NCBI GenBank assembly: GCA_019694475.1
Contig: JAIBBX010000001.1
Coordinates: forward strand, 128,001-192,000
Direction of reading: 5' to 3'
DNA: 64,000 nucleotides
From: Parachlamydiales bacterium
GTDB taxonomy: Bacteria > Chlamydiota > Chlamydiia > Chlamydiales > SM23-39
Each line of letters opens with the position of its first letter. Position 1 is the first letter of the stretch. The position numbers and the translations under genes were made by a program. A model generated the notes under the pieces. It had not been told where the DNA came from and did not search any database. It worked only from the letters and a program-made list of their open reading frames with translations. This document shows, one piece after another, positions 18,966-28,455 of the stretch.

Positions 18966-19843
18966 AATGCCCTCCAGCAAGCGACAGGGCCAACGGGTTC
19001 TTCTTCGCACTTCAATGCGGCAAAAGGGCATCGTTCTTTAAAAGCGCAGCCTTTGGGCAGAGTCAAGAGATTCGGAGGAGTACCTTCAATCGGTTTGAGA
19101 GGCTCGCCTCTTGGGCGGTCGAGTCGAGGGATCGAGTTTAAGAGCATCTGGGTGTAGGGATGTCTCGGATAGTTCAGCACCTCATCAACGGTTCCGCTTT
19201 CGACGATTTTCCCTGCGTACATGACAAGCACCCTCTCGCAGACTGAAGCAATCACTCCAAAATCATGGCTAATGAGGAGAAGGCTCATCTCAAAATGTTT
19301 TTGCATCCGCTTGATCAAATCCAAGATCTGGGCTTGGATCGTCACGTCTAGAGCGGTTGTGGGTTCATCAGCAATTAAAAGTTTAGGATTGCAGGCAAGT
19401 GCGATAGCGATGAGCACCCTTTGCCTCATTCCTCCGCTGAATTGATGAGGATATTGGTGTATACGCGATTCAGGGTCTGTAACCCCGACAAGCTTAAGCA
19501 ACTCGATGGCTTTGATTTTCGCCTCTTTTCTGCCGGCTAATTTGTGGTAGATCATCCCTTCTGCGATCTGATCGCCGATCTTCATGGTTGGGTTTAGCGA
19601 GGTCATGGGATCTTGGAAGACCATTCCAATCTGCTTATTCTCGCCCTGGAATGCGATTTTACCCGTCACTTCGCCAGATGAGAGCCCAGCGATAGCTTGG
19701 ACGGCGGCGCTTTTTCCGCAGCCCGATTCGCCAACAATCCCGACCGACTCGCTCTTTCCAACCGAGAAGGTGATGCCCCGTACAGCATACAGCTTTTTAC
19801 CCATCGTCTGGAATGTGACAGAAAGATCAACAACATCAAGCAT
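18962..19843 (-). CDS. Oligopeptide/dipeptide ABC transporter ATP-binding protein (OppD/DppD-type)
   Basis: Walker A GESGCGKS, signature SGGMRQR and Walker B LIADEP are present. It has the C-terminal oligopeptide-ABC extension with Cys residues. Confidence 0.9.
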   Translation of the reverse strand: MLDVVDLSVTFQTMGKKLYAVRGITFSVGKSESVGIVGESGCGKSAAVQAIAGLSSGEVTGKIAFQGENKQIGMVFQDPMTSLNPTMKIGDQIAEGMIYHKLAGRKEAKIKAIELLKLVGVTDPESRIHQYPHQFSGGMRQRVLIAIALACNPKLLIADEPTTALDVTIQAQILDLIKRMQKHFEMSLLLISHDFGVIASVCERVLVMYAGKIVESGTVDEVLNYPRHPYTQMLLNSIPRLDRPRGEPLKPIEGTPPNLLTLPKGCAFKERCPFAALKCEEEPVGPVACWRAL

Positions 19844-19876
19844 AGAATCATGATAGACAGGAAGGTTAAAAAAGGG

Positions 19877-20000
19877 AACAGGATGTACAGGATAGAAAGG
19901 ATATACAGGATGGGTCAGATTCCGGCGTTTGGCCGGCGCCGCCTTTCAGGCGGCGAAGTACAACCATCCTGTTTATCCTTTCTATCCTGTACATCCTGTT
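19877..20000. repeat. 124-bp palindromic element: 37-bp inverted repeat (36/37 match) flanking a 50-bp GC-rich core
   Basis: The left arm is AACAGGATGTACAGGATAGAAAGGATATACAGGATGG (19877..19913). The right arm, 19964..20000, is its reverse complement with one mismatch. Each arm carries ACAGGAT three times. The core has its own 7-bp stem, CGCCGCC/GGCGGCG. Confidence 0.9.
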
Positions 20001-20005
20001 AAAAT

Positions 20006-21550
20006 TTAAATCTCATCTTGTAGAGTCGCGTAGCTATAGTCGATAGCTCCCACAGAATCGAAAGCATACCCTCTCAGCTTTGGATGGTGTGCAAATAAAA
20101 AGATATCGCTGCAGATAGGAATAAACGGCATTTGATCTATGAGGATTTCTTCTGCTTCTGAAAGTCTATCAATTCTGCGCTTTTCATCTGTTTCTCTGCT
20201 AGCCAAAGCAATCTTCTCTTGGTAAAGAGGAAAAACCCATTGTGGGAAATTGGCTGAATTCAAACTGATCATCCGTTCCATCAGCTCAAGCGGATCGTGG
20301 TAAAAGGAGGCTTCGTAAGCTCCGCTAATCACGAATTGACCTTTTGCTAGATTTGTCCTGAGCGTATTCCATTCCTGCGCCTCAAGCTGCACATGAATGT
20401 TGAGGTTTTGCTTCCAGGTCTCTTTTAAATACTCGGCTAGCTGTTTCCGATTAGCCTGCTGGGAATAGGTGATGATTATGGGGGGAAGTTTTGCCAATCC
20501 CAACTCGTTCAACCCTTCTTCAAGCAATCTCTTAGCCTCAGCCAAATCCTCTTTCAATTGAACCCCATGTTCTACAGGCAAAAGTGAATGAGGAAGTGGT
20601 TTTTCAAGCGGCGTGCTTCCAGAGAAAATGTGGTTAGCGATTTCTTCGCGGTTGATTGAAAGACTTAAAGCTTTCCGAATGGAAGGGGAGGAGAGGGCCT
20701 TGTTCTGGGTATTCAAAAATACCCAAAAAGCCCGGTCGATCGGTTTTGAAAGAAGTTTCTTTTCCTTCTTCAGATGCTCGGCCTGTTCTTTGGAAAGCGG
20801 GCACGATGGCACGCCCACCCAATCGAGTAATTTGCGCTCATAGAGAGCAAAAGCTGTCTCGTGATTTTCCACCATGAATACATCGATCCCATCCAAAAGA
20901 ACTGCCCTCCGATTCCAGAAATGGGGATTCGGCTTCAGTCTCATCGCAGATTGCCTCTCCCAATTAGCCACTAGAAATGGACCATTGAAACCGGTGATTT
21001 TCTTTTCTTTTGGGTTCTGGAGCGGCATGCAGATCGGTTGAGCGAGTAGATGCAGAAAGCCAGGAGACGGGCGGCTCAGTTCTACGAAAAGAGTACTGGC
21101 ATCGAGAGCTTTAACTCCGAGTGCATCTAAGGGCATTTCTCCTTTTTTAACTGCTTGGGCATTTTTGATGAGATAGAGAAGATCGGGGCGGGAACACGAT
21201 GAGTGGGGAGAAAGAGCTTCTTTCCAGGCTGCTTCATATTGATAGGCTGTTACAGGTGTTCCGTCAGACCAATGGTTTTCTCTCAGTTTGAAAGTATATT
21301 GTAAGTCCGAAATGTTTACCGACGATGCTCCCGAGAGTTGTGCTTCGCCTTTTTCATCGATGCGCGTGAGTCCTTCAAAGAGAATTTTTGCAATCGAAAT
21401 GCCTCTGAGATAGATCATCAGATCATGAGGATGCAGCGATGTAAGATCCCCCTCTTGGAAGTCGATCCGCAAAACGTTTTTCATGTCTTCTTCTTTTTGA
21501 CATCCCGCTATGAAGACAAAAAGAATAAGGAATTTGGCTATTTTTATCAT
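20006..21550 (-). CDS. ABC transporter substrate-binding lipoprotein, family 5 (OppA/DppA-type)
   Basis: The ATG at 21550 gives MIKIAKFLILFVFIAGC, which includes a lipobox. It has an ATGA overlap with the permease stop. Length and sequence are typical of SBP_bac_5. Confidence 0.85.
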   Translation of the reverse strand: MIKIAKFLILFVFIAGCQKEEDMKNVLRIDFQEGDLTSLHPHDLMIYLRGISIAKILFEGLTRIDEKGEAQLSGASSVNISDLQYTFKLRENHWSDGTPVTAYQYEAAWKEALSPHSSCSRPDLLYLIKNAQAVKKGEMPLDALGVKALDASTLFVELSRPSPGFLHLLAQPICMPLQNPKEKKITGFNGPFLVANWERQSAMRLKPNPHFWNRRAVLLDGIDVFMVENHETAFALYERKLLDWVGVPSCPLSKEQAEHLKKEKKLLSKPIDRAFWVFLNTQNKALSSPSIRKALSLSINREEIANHIFSGSTPLEKPLPHSLLPVEHGVQLKEDLAEAKRLLEEGLNELGLAKLPPIIITYSQQANRKQLAEYLKETWKQNLNIHVQLEAQEWNTLRTNLAKGQFVISGAYEASFYHDPLELMERMISLNSANFPQWVFPLYQEKIALASRETDEKRRIDRLSEAEEILIDQMPFIPICSDIFLFAHHPKLRGYAFDSVGAIDYSYATLQDEI

Positions 21551-22347
21551 CGGCGCAATTTCGGATCTAAAGAGTCTCTTAAGGCGTTGCCAAGCAAATT
21601 GAACGAAAGCATCGTTAGAGTGATCATGATCGCGGGGAAAAAGAGACGCCACGGATAGTATCTCATAGCGCTCACCCCATCATTGAGCATCACGCCCCAG
21701 CTTGCAGCAGGAGCTTGGATGCCAAGGCCTAAAAAGCTGAGGAAGGCTTCGGTGAAAATGGCAGTTGGTATGGTGAGCGTCATGGCCGCAATGATCGGCC
21801 CCATCGCATTTGGGATGAGATGGCGGAAAAGGATTCTTGCATGAGAGGCGCCGATCGCTTTTGCTGCCGTTACATAATCGAGCTGTTTGAGCTGCAAGAT
21901 CTGGCTGCGGCAGATGCGGGCCATGTTGATCCATCCCGTCATGGTCATGGCGATGAGGATCGTTACAATCCCTGTTCCTCGAATGACTGTGAGCAAGATG
22001 ACGACAAGCAAATAGGGGATGGAATGGAGAATATCGCAAATGCGCATCATCAATTCTTCGACTTTGCCCCCCGTATACGCGGCAATCGATCCCCAAAGAA
22101 CACCGATGATCATGTCGATGGTGGCGGCTGTGATCCCGATAAAGAGTGAAATGCGGGCGCCCCACCAGATCCGAGTGAACATATCCCTGCCTAGTTCATC
22201 GCTTCCAAACCAAAATTGCAATCCCGGCGCCGTGTTTTTTAATTCAAGTTGAATATCTGAATAGGAATAGGGGGTGAGAAAGGGGCCTAAAATCGCCATC
22301 ATGAAGAGGGTTGCAAGAGTTGCGATCGCAAATCGGTTTTTAAGCAT
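21547..22347 (-). CDS. Oligopeptide/dipeptide ABC permease (OppC/DppC-type)
   Basis: The ATG at 22347 gives MLKNRFAIATLATLF. The protein is of BPD_transp_1 type with 6 TM segments. Confidence 0.85.
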   Translation of the reverse strand: MLKNRFAIATLATLFMMAILGPFLTPYSYSDIQLELKNTAPGLQFWFGSDELGRDMFTRIWWGARISLFIGITAATIDMIIGVLWGSIAAYTGGKVEELMMRICDILHSIPYLLVVILLTVIRGTGIVTILIAMTMTGWINMARICRSQILQLKQLDYVTAAKAIGASHARILFRHLIPNAMGPIIAAMTLTIPTAIFTEAFLSFLGLGIQAPAASWGVMLNDGVSAMRYYPWRLFFPAIMITLTMLSFNLLGNALRDSLDPKLRR

Positions 22348-23272
22348 GAACTTCCTTTTTGATTTGAATGCGCGGGTCGAGGAAGGTGTAAAGAATATCA
22401 ACAAGGAAGATGGAAATCATGAGAAAAGAACTAAAAAAGACAGTGAGTCCTAAAATCATCGGATAGTCGCGGCCATTGATGCTGTGGATCATCCACTGCC
22501 CAAGTCCTGGAATGGCAAAGATCTTTTCAATGATAAAACTTCCCGTAAGAACAGAAGAGGTGACAGGGCCCAGGTAAGTGAGTACGGGGAGCAGGGCGTT
22601 TCGAAGGCCGTGTTTGATGGAAACGCGGAAAAGAGGAATCCCTTTCGCGAGAGCGGTTTTGATATAATCTTGGCCTAGCACTTCAACCATATTGGAGCGG
22701 GTCAAGCGAGCAATGAAAGCTGTTGGTAGGGCTGCGAGTGCAATCGTTGGAAGAATGGTGTGTTCAAAACTGCCCCATCTGGCAACCGGCAAAAGATGAA
22801 GCTTCACGCAGAAAATAAATTGGAAAAAAGTCGAGAGGACAAAGCTGGGCACTGAAACGCCGATGGTGGAGAGGGCCATGGCGAAATTATCCTGCCATTT
22901 GCCCCGCCTCATCGCAGCGATTGTGCCAAGGAGGATTCCGGAAGGGATAGCCAAAGTGAGCGCTTGTAGGCCGAGCCTTGCCGAGATCGGAAACCCTTCC
23001 GCAATGAATTGGTTGACGGTCCGCCCTTGGTAGACGATCGAGGGGCCCAGTTCTCCATGAAGAAGGCCTTTTAAATATTTTATATATTGAATGTAGAGGG
23101 GCTGATCCAGTCCGTAATAGGCATAAAGAGAATCAAGGATCTCTTTTGGAATCACCCGGTCTCCGATGAACGGGTCGCCAGGGATAGCGTGCATGAGAAA
23201 AAAGGTACCTGTGACAACAACCCAGAGAGAAACGAGGAGGATCAAAGCTTTTTTTAAGAGGAATCGAAACAT
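22340..23272 (-). CDS. Oligopeptide/dipeptide ABC permease (OppB/DppB-type)
   Basis: The ATG at 23272 gives MFRFLLKKALILLVSLWVV, a typical OppB N-terminus. It is the first gene of the operon. Confidence 0.85.
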   Translation of the reverse strand: MFRFLLKKALILLVSLWVVVTGTFFLMHAIPGDPFIGDRVIPKEILDSLYAYYGLDQPLYIQYIKYLKGLLHGELGPSIVYQGRTVNQFIAEGFPISARLGLQALTLAIPSGILLGTIAAMRRGKWQDNFAMALSTIGVSVPSFVLSTFFQFIFCVKLHLLPVARWGSFEHTILPTIALAALPTAFIARLTRSNMVEVLGQDYIKTALAKGIPLFRVSIKHGLRNALLPVLTYLGPVTSSVLTGSFIIEKIFAIPGLGQWMIHSINGRDYPMILGLTVFFSSFLMISIFLVDILYTFLDPRIQIKKEVHA

Positions 23273-23310
23273 GATTGCATTCCAATCTAACAAATCTTAT
23301 AATTCTTGCC

Positions 23311-24699
23311 ATGCTGAATAGAAACGTTTCTTCAAATAATAAATTTCACTTCACAAGTCTTGGCTGCGCACGCAACCTGGTCGACAGCGAGGTGATGATT
23401 GGAATCCTCCTCAAAGCGGGCTACGAGATTACACCCGAGCCGAAAGAGGCCGACTTTCTCGTCGTCAACACATGCGGTTTTCTTGAATCTTCGCGCCAAG
23501 AAGGAGTCGATACGATCCGCGACCTATTTTCGATGAAGAAAAAGGATGCAAAAGTTATTGTGGCGGGCTGCATGGTGCAAAAACACAGCGGCGAGCTCAA
23601 GGAAAAATTCCCAAACATCCACTACATGCTCGGTTCCGGAGACGTTGAAAAGATTTTGGATGCGGTCAAAGCTGGAGAGGCAGGCGAAGAGGTGACCTCG
23701 GCGCGCAGTTATCTCGAGTGGGGCGAAATTCCCCGCATGCTCTCGACCCCAAAACATTACGCGTATTTGAAAATTGCTGAAGGCTGTAAGAAACGATGCG
23801 CCTTTTGCATCATTCCAACCATTAAGGGGCCTCTCAAGAGCAAAACAAAAGAGCAGGTGCTGAAGGAATTCAATGCGCTTCTATCTCAGGGAGTTCATGA
23901 AATCATTCTCATCGCGCAAGACCTTGGCGATTTTGGCAAAGATAGGAAAGAGAAAGGAGCTTTAGCTGCTCTACTTCGAGAAATGCTCCAAGTGAAAAAA
24001 GACTTTTGGGTACGCCTTCTCTACTTGTATCCGGATGAAATCGATGATGAGTTGATCGCGGTGATGAAAAGCGATCCCCGTCTATGTCCGTATCTCGATA
24101 TGCCGATCCAGCACATCAACAATGAAATGCTGAAAGCAATGCATAGGACGACTTCGAAAGAAGAGATCATCGACATTATTACCAAACTAAGAAAAGAAAT
24201 CCCAAACGTTGCCATTCGAACGAGCTTGATGGTAGGTTTCCCTGGCGAAACCGAAGAGCAGTTTGAAGAGATGGTCGATTTCGCGAAGAAGTTTTCTCTC
24301 GATAACGTCGGTATTTTCAAATTCTCTTTGGAAAAAGAGGCTTATGCGGCAAAACTCCCCAACCAAATTTCCGAAGAAGTGAAGCAAAAGCGGTTTGAAA
24401 AATTGGCAGCTATTCAGCTCAAAGTAGTACGAAAAAAGCTGAAAGAGATGATTGGACGAAAAGTAGTTGCAATTGTTGAAGGATTCCACCCTGAATCGCA
24501 AATGCTGCTCCGAGCTAGATCCCAGGCGCAATGTCCAGATATCGATGGACAGATCATCATCAATGACGGGCGCAAGGTGACAGGATTCGGCAAGCAATAT
24601 GAAATTGAGATCACCGATGCAACCGATTATGACCTCATTGGGCGTGTTTTAGGCCCGGTTGGGGCAAAAAAGGAGGCCCGAAAATTAGCATTAGTCTAA
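23311..24699 (+). CDS. rimO: Radical-SAM methylthiotransferase, RimO-type (ribosomal protein S12 methylthiotransferase)
   Basis: The ATG at 23311 gives MLNRNVSSNNKFHFTSLGCARNLVDSE. It has the VVNTCGF motif, the radical-SAM box CKKRCAFC within YAYLKIAEGC, and a C-terminal TRAM domain. The RimO versus MiaB assignment rests on the N-terminal and YAYLKI context. Confidence 0.75.
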   Translation: MLNRNVSSNNKFHFTSLGCARNLVDSEVMIGILLKAGYEITPEPKEADFLVVNTCGFLESSRQEGVDTIRDLFSMKKKDAKVIVAGCMVQKHSGELKEKFPNIHYMLGSGDVEKILDAVKAGEAGEEVTSARSYLEWGEIPRMLSTPKHYAYLKIAEGCKKRCAFCIIPTIKGPLKSKTKEQVLKEFNALLSQGVHEIILIAQDLGDFGKDRKEKGALAALLREMLQVKKDFWVRLLYLYPDEIDDELIAVMKSDPRLCPYLDMPIQHINNEMLKAMHRTTSKEEIIDIITKLRKEIPNVAIRTSLMVGFPGETEEQFEEMVDFAKKFSLDNVGIFKFSLEKEAYAAKLPNQISEEVKQKRFEKLAAIQLKVVRKKLKEMIGRKVVAIVEGFHPESQMLLRARSQAQCPDIDGQIIINDGRKVTGFGKQYEIEITDATDYDLIGRVLGPVGAKKEARKLALV

Positions 24700-25841
24700 A
24701 AAAGGGCAAAGACAAACCGATCCGGCAGCGGCACCACTGGATTTATTCCGGCGCTGTTCAATCGGCCCCAAAATTCAACGATGGTGATTTGGCAGATGTG
24801 TTCGATGCTGCAGGCGAAAAGCTTGGGATCGCGACGCTCAGCAAGGGCCGTTCTATCCTCGGGCACATGCTCGCATTCGGCAACGAATCGGTATTAGATT
24901 CTGTTCAAAACCGGATTCGCGAAGCGGCCTCTCTCAGACGCAAATGGTTCAATCCTGATCAAACCAATGCCGTACGCCTCATCAATGCAGAAGGGGACGG
25001 CATCCCAGGTCTTATCGTAGACGCCTACGATGATATTTTGGTCATGCAAGTATCGAATCCAGGAATTGAGAAATTGAAGTCTCAAATTGCTGAGATGCTC
25101 ATTTCGGAATGGAACCCCAAAAGCCTTTTTGAAAAATCGACCTCTTTCATGCGCCGCAAAGAAGGGCTTGAAGAGGTGCGGGCCCATCTCTATGGGGATT
25201 CTTGTTCGGAAACAGTCGTTTTAGAAAATGGCTTAAAATTCTCCGTCGATGTCCTTGAAGGACAAAAAACGGGTCTATTCCTCGATCAGCGGGAAATGCG
25301 CTCTCTCATCCGCTCTTTGAGCTCAGGAAAAAAAGTGCTCAATTGCTTTGCCTATACCGGCGGCTTTTCTATTTCCGCGCTAGCTGGCAAAGCCTCTCAT
25401 GTAGATAGCGTCGAAGTGAGCGCGAAGTGCGCCCCCCGCATAGAGAAAAACCTCGCTTTGAATGGCCTGTCTGGACACACCTTCATTTGCGATGATGTCT
25501 TTGACTATCTAAAAACATGCGATTGGAGCCATGACATTGTGATTGTTGATCCTCCCGCTTTTGTGAAAAAACGCGAAGATGTGCCAAGAGCCTTTAGGGC
25601 CTACAAAGATCTCAACCGGCACTGTCTAGAACGAATGAAGCCTGGCAGCCTTTTGCTGACCTGCTCCTGTTCTTATCACGTTGATGAAACTCTTTTCCAA
25701 AACATTTTATTCCGCGCAGCTTCCGAGGCAAAAAGATCGGTCCGTATTTTGGAAAGACATCGTCAGGCGCATGATCACCTCATTTCTATCTTTCATCCAG
25801 AAAGCTCGTACTTAAAAAGCTTTGTTTTGGCCGTTTCTTAA
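24684..25841 (+). CDS. rlmI: RlmI-like class I SAM-dependent rRNA (m5C) methyltransferase with a PUA-like N-terminus; probable ATT start
   Basis: The in-frame sequence upstream of the ORF-track start reads ISISLKKGKDKPIRQRHHWIYSGAV. This aligns with E. coli RlmI [22 protein letters not shown]. There is no ATG/GTG/TTG in frame between the TGA at 24630 and 24789. AGGAGG (24671..24676) lies 7 nt before the ATT at 24684. The methyltransferase core reads VLNCFAYTGGFS and IVIVDPP. Confidence 0.7.
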   Translation: MSISLKKGKDKPIRQRHHWIYSGAVQSAPKFNDGDLADVFDAAGEKLGIATLSKGRSILGHMLAFGNESVLDSVQNRIREAASLRRKWFNPDQTNAVRLINAEGDGIPGLIVDAYDDILVMQVSNPGIEKLKSQIAEMLISEWNPKSLFEKSTSFMRRKEGLEEVRAHLYGDSCSETVVLENGLKFSVDVLEGQKTGLFLDQREMRSLIRSLSSGKKVLNCFAYTGGFSISALAGKASHVDSVEVSAKCAPRIEKNLALNGLSGHTFICDDVFDYLKTCDWSHDIVIVDPPAFVKKREDVPRAFRAYKDLNRHCLERMKPGSLLLTCSCSYHVDETLFQNILFRAASEAKRSVRILERHRQAHDHLISIFHPESSYLKSFVLAVS

Positions 25842-25849
25842 GAAGGTGT

Positions 25850-26932
25850 CTATCCTGCTATTGTTCCCGGTTCTTCGAGAAGCGGATTCGTTCGATCTAA
25901 AATCATTTGCTGAACATCCAAAACTCTAGTCTTTACACCTCGCGGCATGTCTAGTTTGAATGATGCAAGCACAGCTTCCCTAGCTTTTGCGTGTTTGCTT
26001 TGCTTCAAATAACATAGGCCGACATAGGTCATTAGGGAAGAATCATTTTCTCGATTTGCAATATTTGCAAGATTTTCAAGATCCAAAGACCGGCACAAAA
26101 CTCGTTTCCCATTTTGATAATTTACAATCACTGAATTTAAATATTCATCTAAACCGAGAAAAACAAGACCATTTTCGGGGTCATGGACAATCCATCCCAT
26201 TCCTCCATCTAAATCGCAATTCGGGGCTTGAACGTTCCGCTGAGCGATCCTCGAAATTTTTTGAGCGATTCCCCCCTTGCGTCCTGTAGAACAAGCATCC
26301 AATACAATCGTTCCTTTCGGATCAATATATCTAAACAGCCGAGGATGAACCCCTCCGCTGGAAAGAGCGCCCATAGACAATCCAAAAATATCTTCGCGGA
26401 AAGTGACGCTTTCTTCATTGCCGTGGCCAGACAAAACCGCATGATGAATGACTCCATGCTGATCAAATAAAGACTGAAGTTTAGGTTCGATATCTTCCTT
26501 ACAGTCTATTGGAAGCAAGGCGATTCGGCATGACCCTTTTAGATAACGAAACCGGGATTGCAAGGCATCAAAGGCTCCATTATGATCGTCTTTGCAATGC
26601 AAGATAGCGACTAGCGGGAAATGATTTTGGGCTGCTTCATTGACTTGATTTGCAAGATTTTGAAGAGCCTTTTGTTTTCGAGGTATTTCGAGTTCTTGTT
26701 TGATAGAATAGATTGCATGAAATGTTGAAAAAGCTGCTGCCGCGGCAGCAGAGACGGCTCTTACAACATCCATTTTTTGTAAGTTCGCCCATGCATTATA
26801 GCCAAGGACAATTCCACCCAAAACAAAGGTAATTGGCCTGGAAAATCTTAAGTAAGCATTTCTCGCTTTTTGAAGACAAGAGGATGTCCACTCACTCAAC
26901 GAATCGTTCTTTCTATCAAAATCAACAATCAT
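25850..26932 (-). CDS. Membrane-anchored hypothetical protein with a clan-CD-like (caspase/CPD/CHAT/DUF4347-like) His-Cys dyad and a TPR-like tail
   Basis: It has an N-terminal pair of hydrophobic segments. The motifs HHAVLSGHG and TIVLDACSTG each follow a beta-strand-like stretch, with the His and Cys 44 residues apart. Confidence 0.4.
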   Translation of the reverse strand: MIVDFDRKNDSLSEWTSSCLQKARNAYLRFSRPITFVLGGIVLGYNAWANLQKMDVVRAVSAAAAAAFSTFHAIYSIKQELEIPRKQKALQNLANQVNEAAQNHFPLVAILHCKDDHNGAFDALQSRFRYLKGSCRIALLPIDCKEDIEPKLQSLFDQHGVIHHAVLSGHGNEESVTFREDIFGLSMGALSSGGVHPRLFRYIDPKGTIVLDACSTGRKGGIAQKISRIAQRNVQAPNCDLDGGMGWIVHDPENGLVFLGLDEYLNSVIVNYQNGKRVLCRSLDLENLANIANRENDSSLMTYVGLCYLKQSKHAKAREAVLASFKLDMPRGVKTRVLDVQQMILDRTNPLLEEPGTIAG

Positions 26933-27111
26933 GCGGGCGAATATTTTAATTAATTGCGTTGTATTTTTTAAACAATTTTATTAATTTGTATGTAGCTTAG
27001 GATGCGTGCGTAGCATCCCAAAATACGCATGCTTTCGGTTCTATAATTTTCTTTACAAAAAATCATTTCTTCGTTTCACTCACATAGATAGGATCTCTAT
27101 CTGTAGGAGCG

Positions 27112-28455
27112 ATGATGTCCAAAAAACGGAAATTCACAAGTTATTCACTTTTTGTTTCCTGCATTGCAGCAATCGGCGGCATTTTGTTTGGCTACAACAC
27201 CAGTGTGATCTCTGGAGTGCTGCTTTTCATTACGAAAGACTTTCAGCTTTCAACCATCGAACAAGAGCTGATTGTTAGCACGCTGCTTATCGGAGCATTA
27301 ATTGGCGCGCTTGCAGGCGGCGTCATTGCCGACCATTTTGGCCGCAAAAAGACTCTTTTTTTCACTCTTTTGCTATTTTTCATCGGTATATTCACTCTGA
27401 CTATGGCAAGCGGATTTAACGCCTTTCTTATCGGGAGGTTCATTTCGGGTCTTGCTATCGGGATTGTTTCCATGGCGGCGCCTCTCTACATCGCTGAAAT
27501 GTCTCCGCCGGAAAATAGGGGAGCGCTTGTTTCGCTCAATCAGCTTTGCATCACCATTGGAATCCTACTTGCCTACATCGTCACCTACTCATTCGCAGCG
27601 AAATCCGATTGGCGCGATATGTTTGCGTTTGCGTTCATTCCGGTTGTGCTGCAATTTTTGGGACTCTTTTTCATTGCAGAAACACCTTCTTGGCTTATTA
27701 GCCATGGAAAACCGGAAGCGGCGAATCAAATCCTTCATAAAATCCGTGTAGCGCACGTCCATGAACACCTAGTCCATGAAAAGAAAGAAGAAGACGCTCC
27801 GACAAAAAAACAATTCAAGGCTCTTTTTTCTCCATCAGTCAGAATGCCGTTTCTCATCGGAATCGGCGTTGCGGTATTCCAATCCATCACGGGGATCAAT
27901 ACAGTGATCTACTACGCGCCGCAGATTTTTCAGCTGGCAGGCTATGAAACGGCGCAGACCGCTCTTTTTGCAACAATTCTTGTGGGCGCAATCAACGTTG
28001 TTGTGACGGTCATTTCTCTTTGGCTGATCGATCGGGTTGGAAGAAGGCCTCTTCTCGTTGCAGGACTTATCGGAATGGCCTTTTCTCTTTTCATTCTTGG
28101 TATTTCATTCCTGTCAAAAAGCGAAGCGTCAGGACTTACTGCTGTATTTGCACTTCTGATCTATGTCGGCTTTTTTGCAGTAAGCCTTGGGCCCGTTGCT
28201 TGGCTGATCATTTCGGAAGTGTATCCGCTTGGAATTAGGGGGAGGGCGATGGGGATTGCCACTTTTTCAAACTGGTTATGCAATTATTTTGTTTCCCTTA
28301 CATTTTTGACTCTGATTCAGGTACTTGGAACGGCGGGTACGTTCTGGCTTTACGCAATCATTTGCTTCTTAGGGCTCTGGTTTGTTATAAAGTTAGTGCC
28401 TGAAACAAAGGGCAAAACTTTAGAAGAAATCCAATCGTTCTGGAAGAAACCATGA
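27112..28455 (+). CDS. MFS sugar porter family transporter
   Basis: 12 TM segments. Sugar-porter motifs are present: GRKK after TM2, AETPSWL (PESPRWL-like), [11 protein letters not shown], and [14 protein letters not shown]. Confidence 0.85.
   Translation: MMSKKRKFTSYSLFVSCIAAIGGILFGYNTSVISGVLLFITKDFQLSTIEQELIVSTLLIGALIGALAGGVIADHFGRKKTLFFTLLLFFIGIFTLTMASGFNAFLIGRFISGLAIGIVSMAAPLYIAEMSPPENRGALVSLNQLCITIGILLAYIVTYSFAAKSDWRDMFAFAFIPVVLQFLGLFFIAETPSWLISHGKPEAANQILHKIRVAHVHEHLVHEKKEEDAPTKKQFKALFSPSVRMPFLIGIGVAVFQSITGINTVIYYAPQIFQLAGYETAQTALFATILVGAINVVVTVISLWLIDRVGRRPLLVAGLIGMAFSLFILGISFLSKSEASGLTAVFALLIYVGFFAVSLGPVAWLIISEVYPLGIRGRAMGIATFSNWLCNYFVSLTFLTLIQVLGTAGTFWLYAIICFLGLWFVIKLVPETKGKTLEEIQSFWKKP

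Noticed and set aside
19877-20000. The repeated ACAGGAT heptamers, considered as a possible CRISPR or tandem-repeat array.
   Set aside because: There are only three short heptamers per arm, arranged as one inverted repeat. There are no unique spacers of CRISPR size and no cas genes in the window.
19697-20002. A 101-aa plus-strand ORF spanning the intergenic palindromic element.
   Set aside because: It is antisense to the oppD-type gene for its first half. It then reads straight through both arms of the 37-bp inverted repeat (MYRIERIYRMGQ... / ...LSFLSCTSC). It is an artefact of the repeat, not a gene.
23275-23303. TTGCAT-17-TATAAT hexamers just upstream of rimO, as a promoter for a leaderless transcript.
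   Set aside because: The hexamers are real. But the -10 element ends only 7 nt before the ATG and the -35 element sits next to the divergent oppB-type start. A chance match in AT-rich DNA cannot be excluded without TSS data.
27006-27278. A 90-aa ORF in the leader of the MFS transporter gene.
   Set aside because: It overlaps the transporter start in another frame, has odd composition and has no SD. The region is better explained as a regulatory leader.
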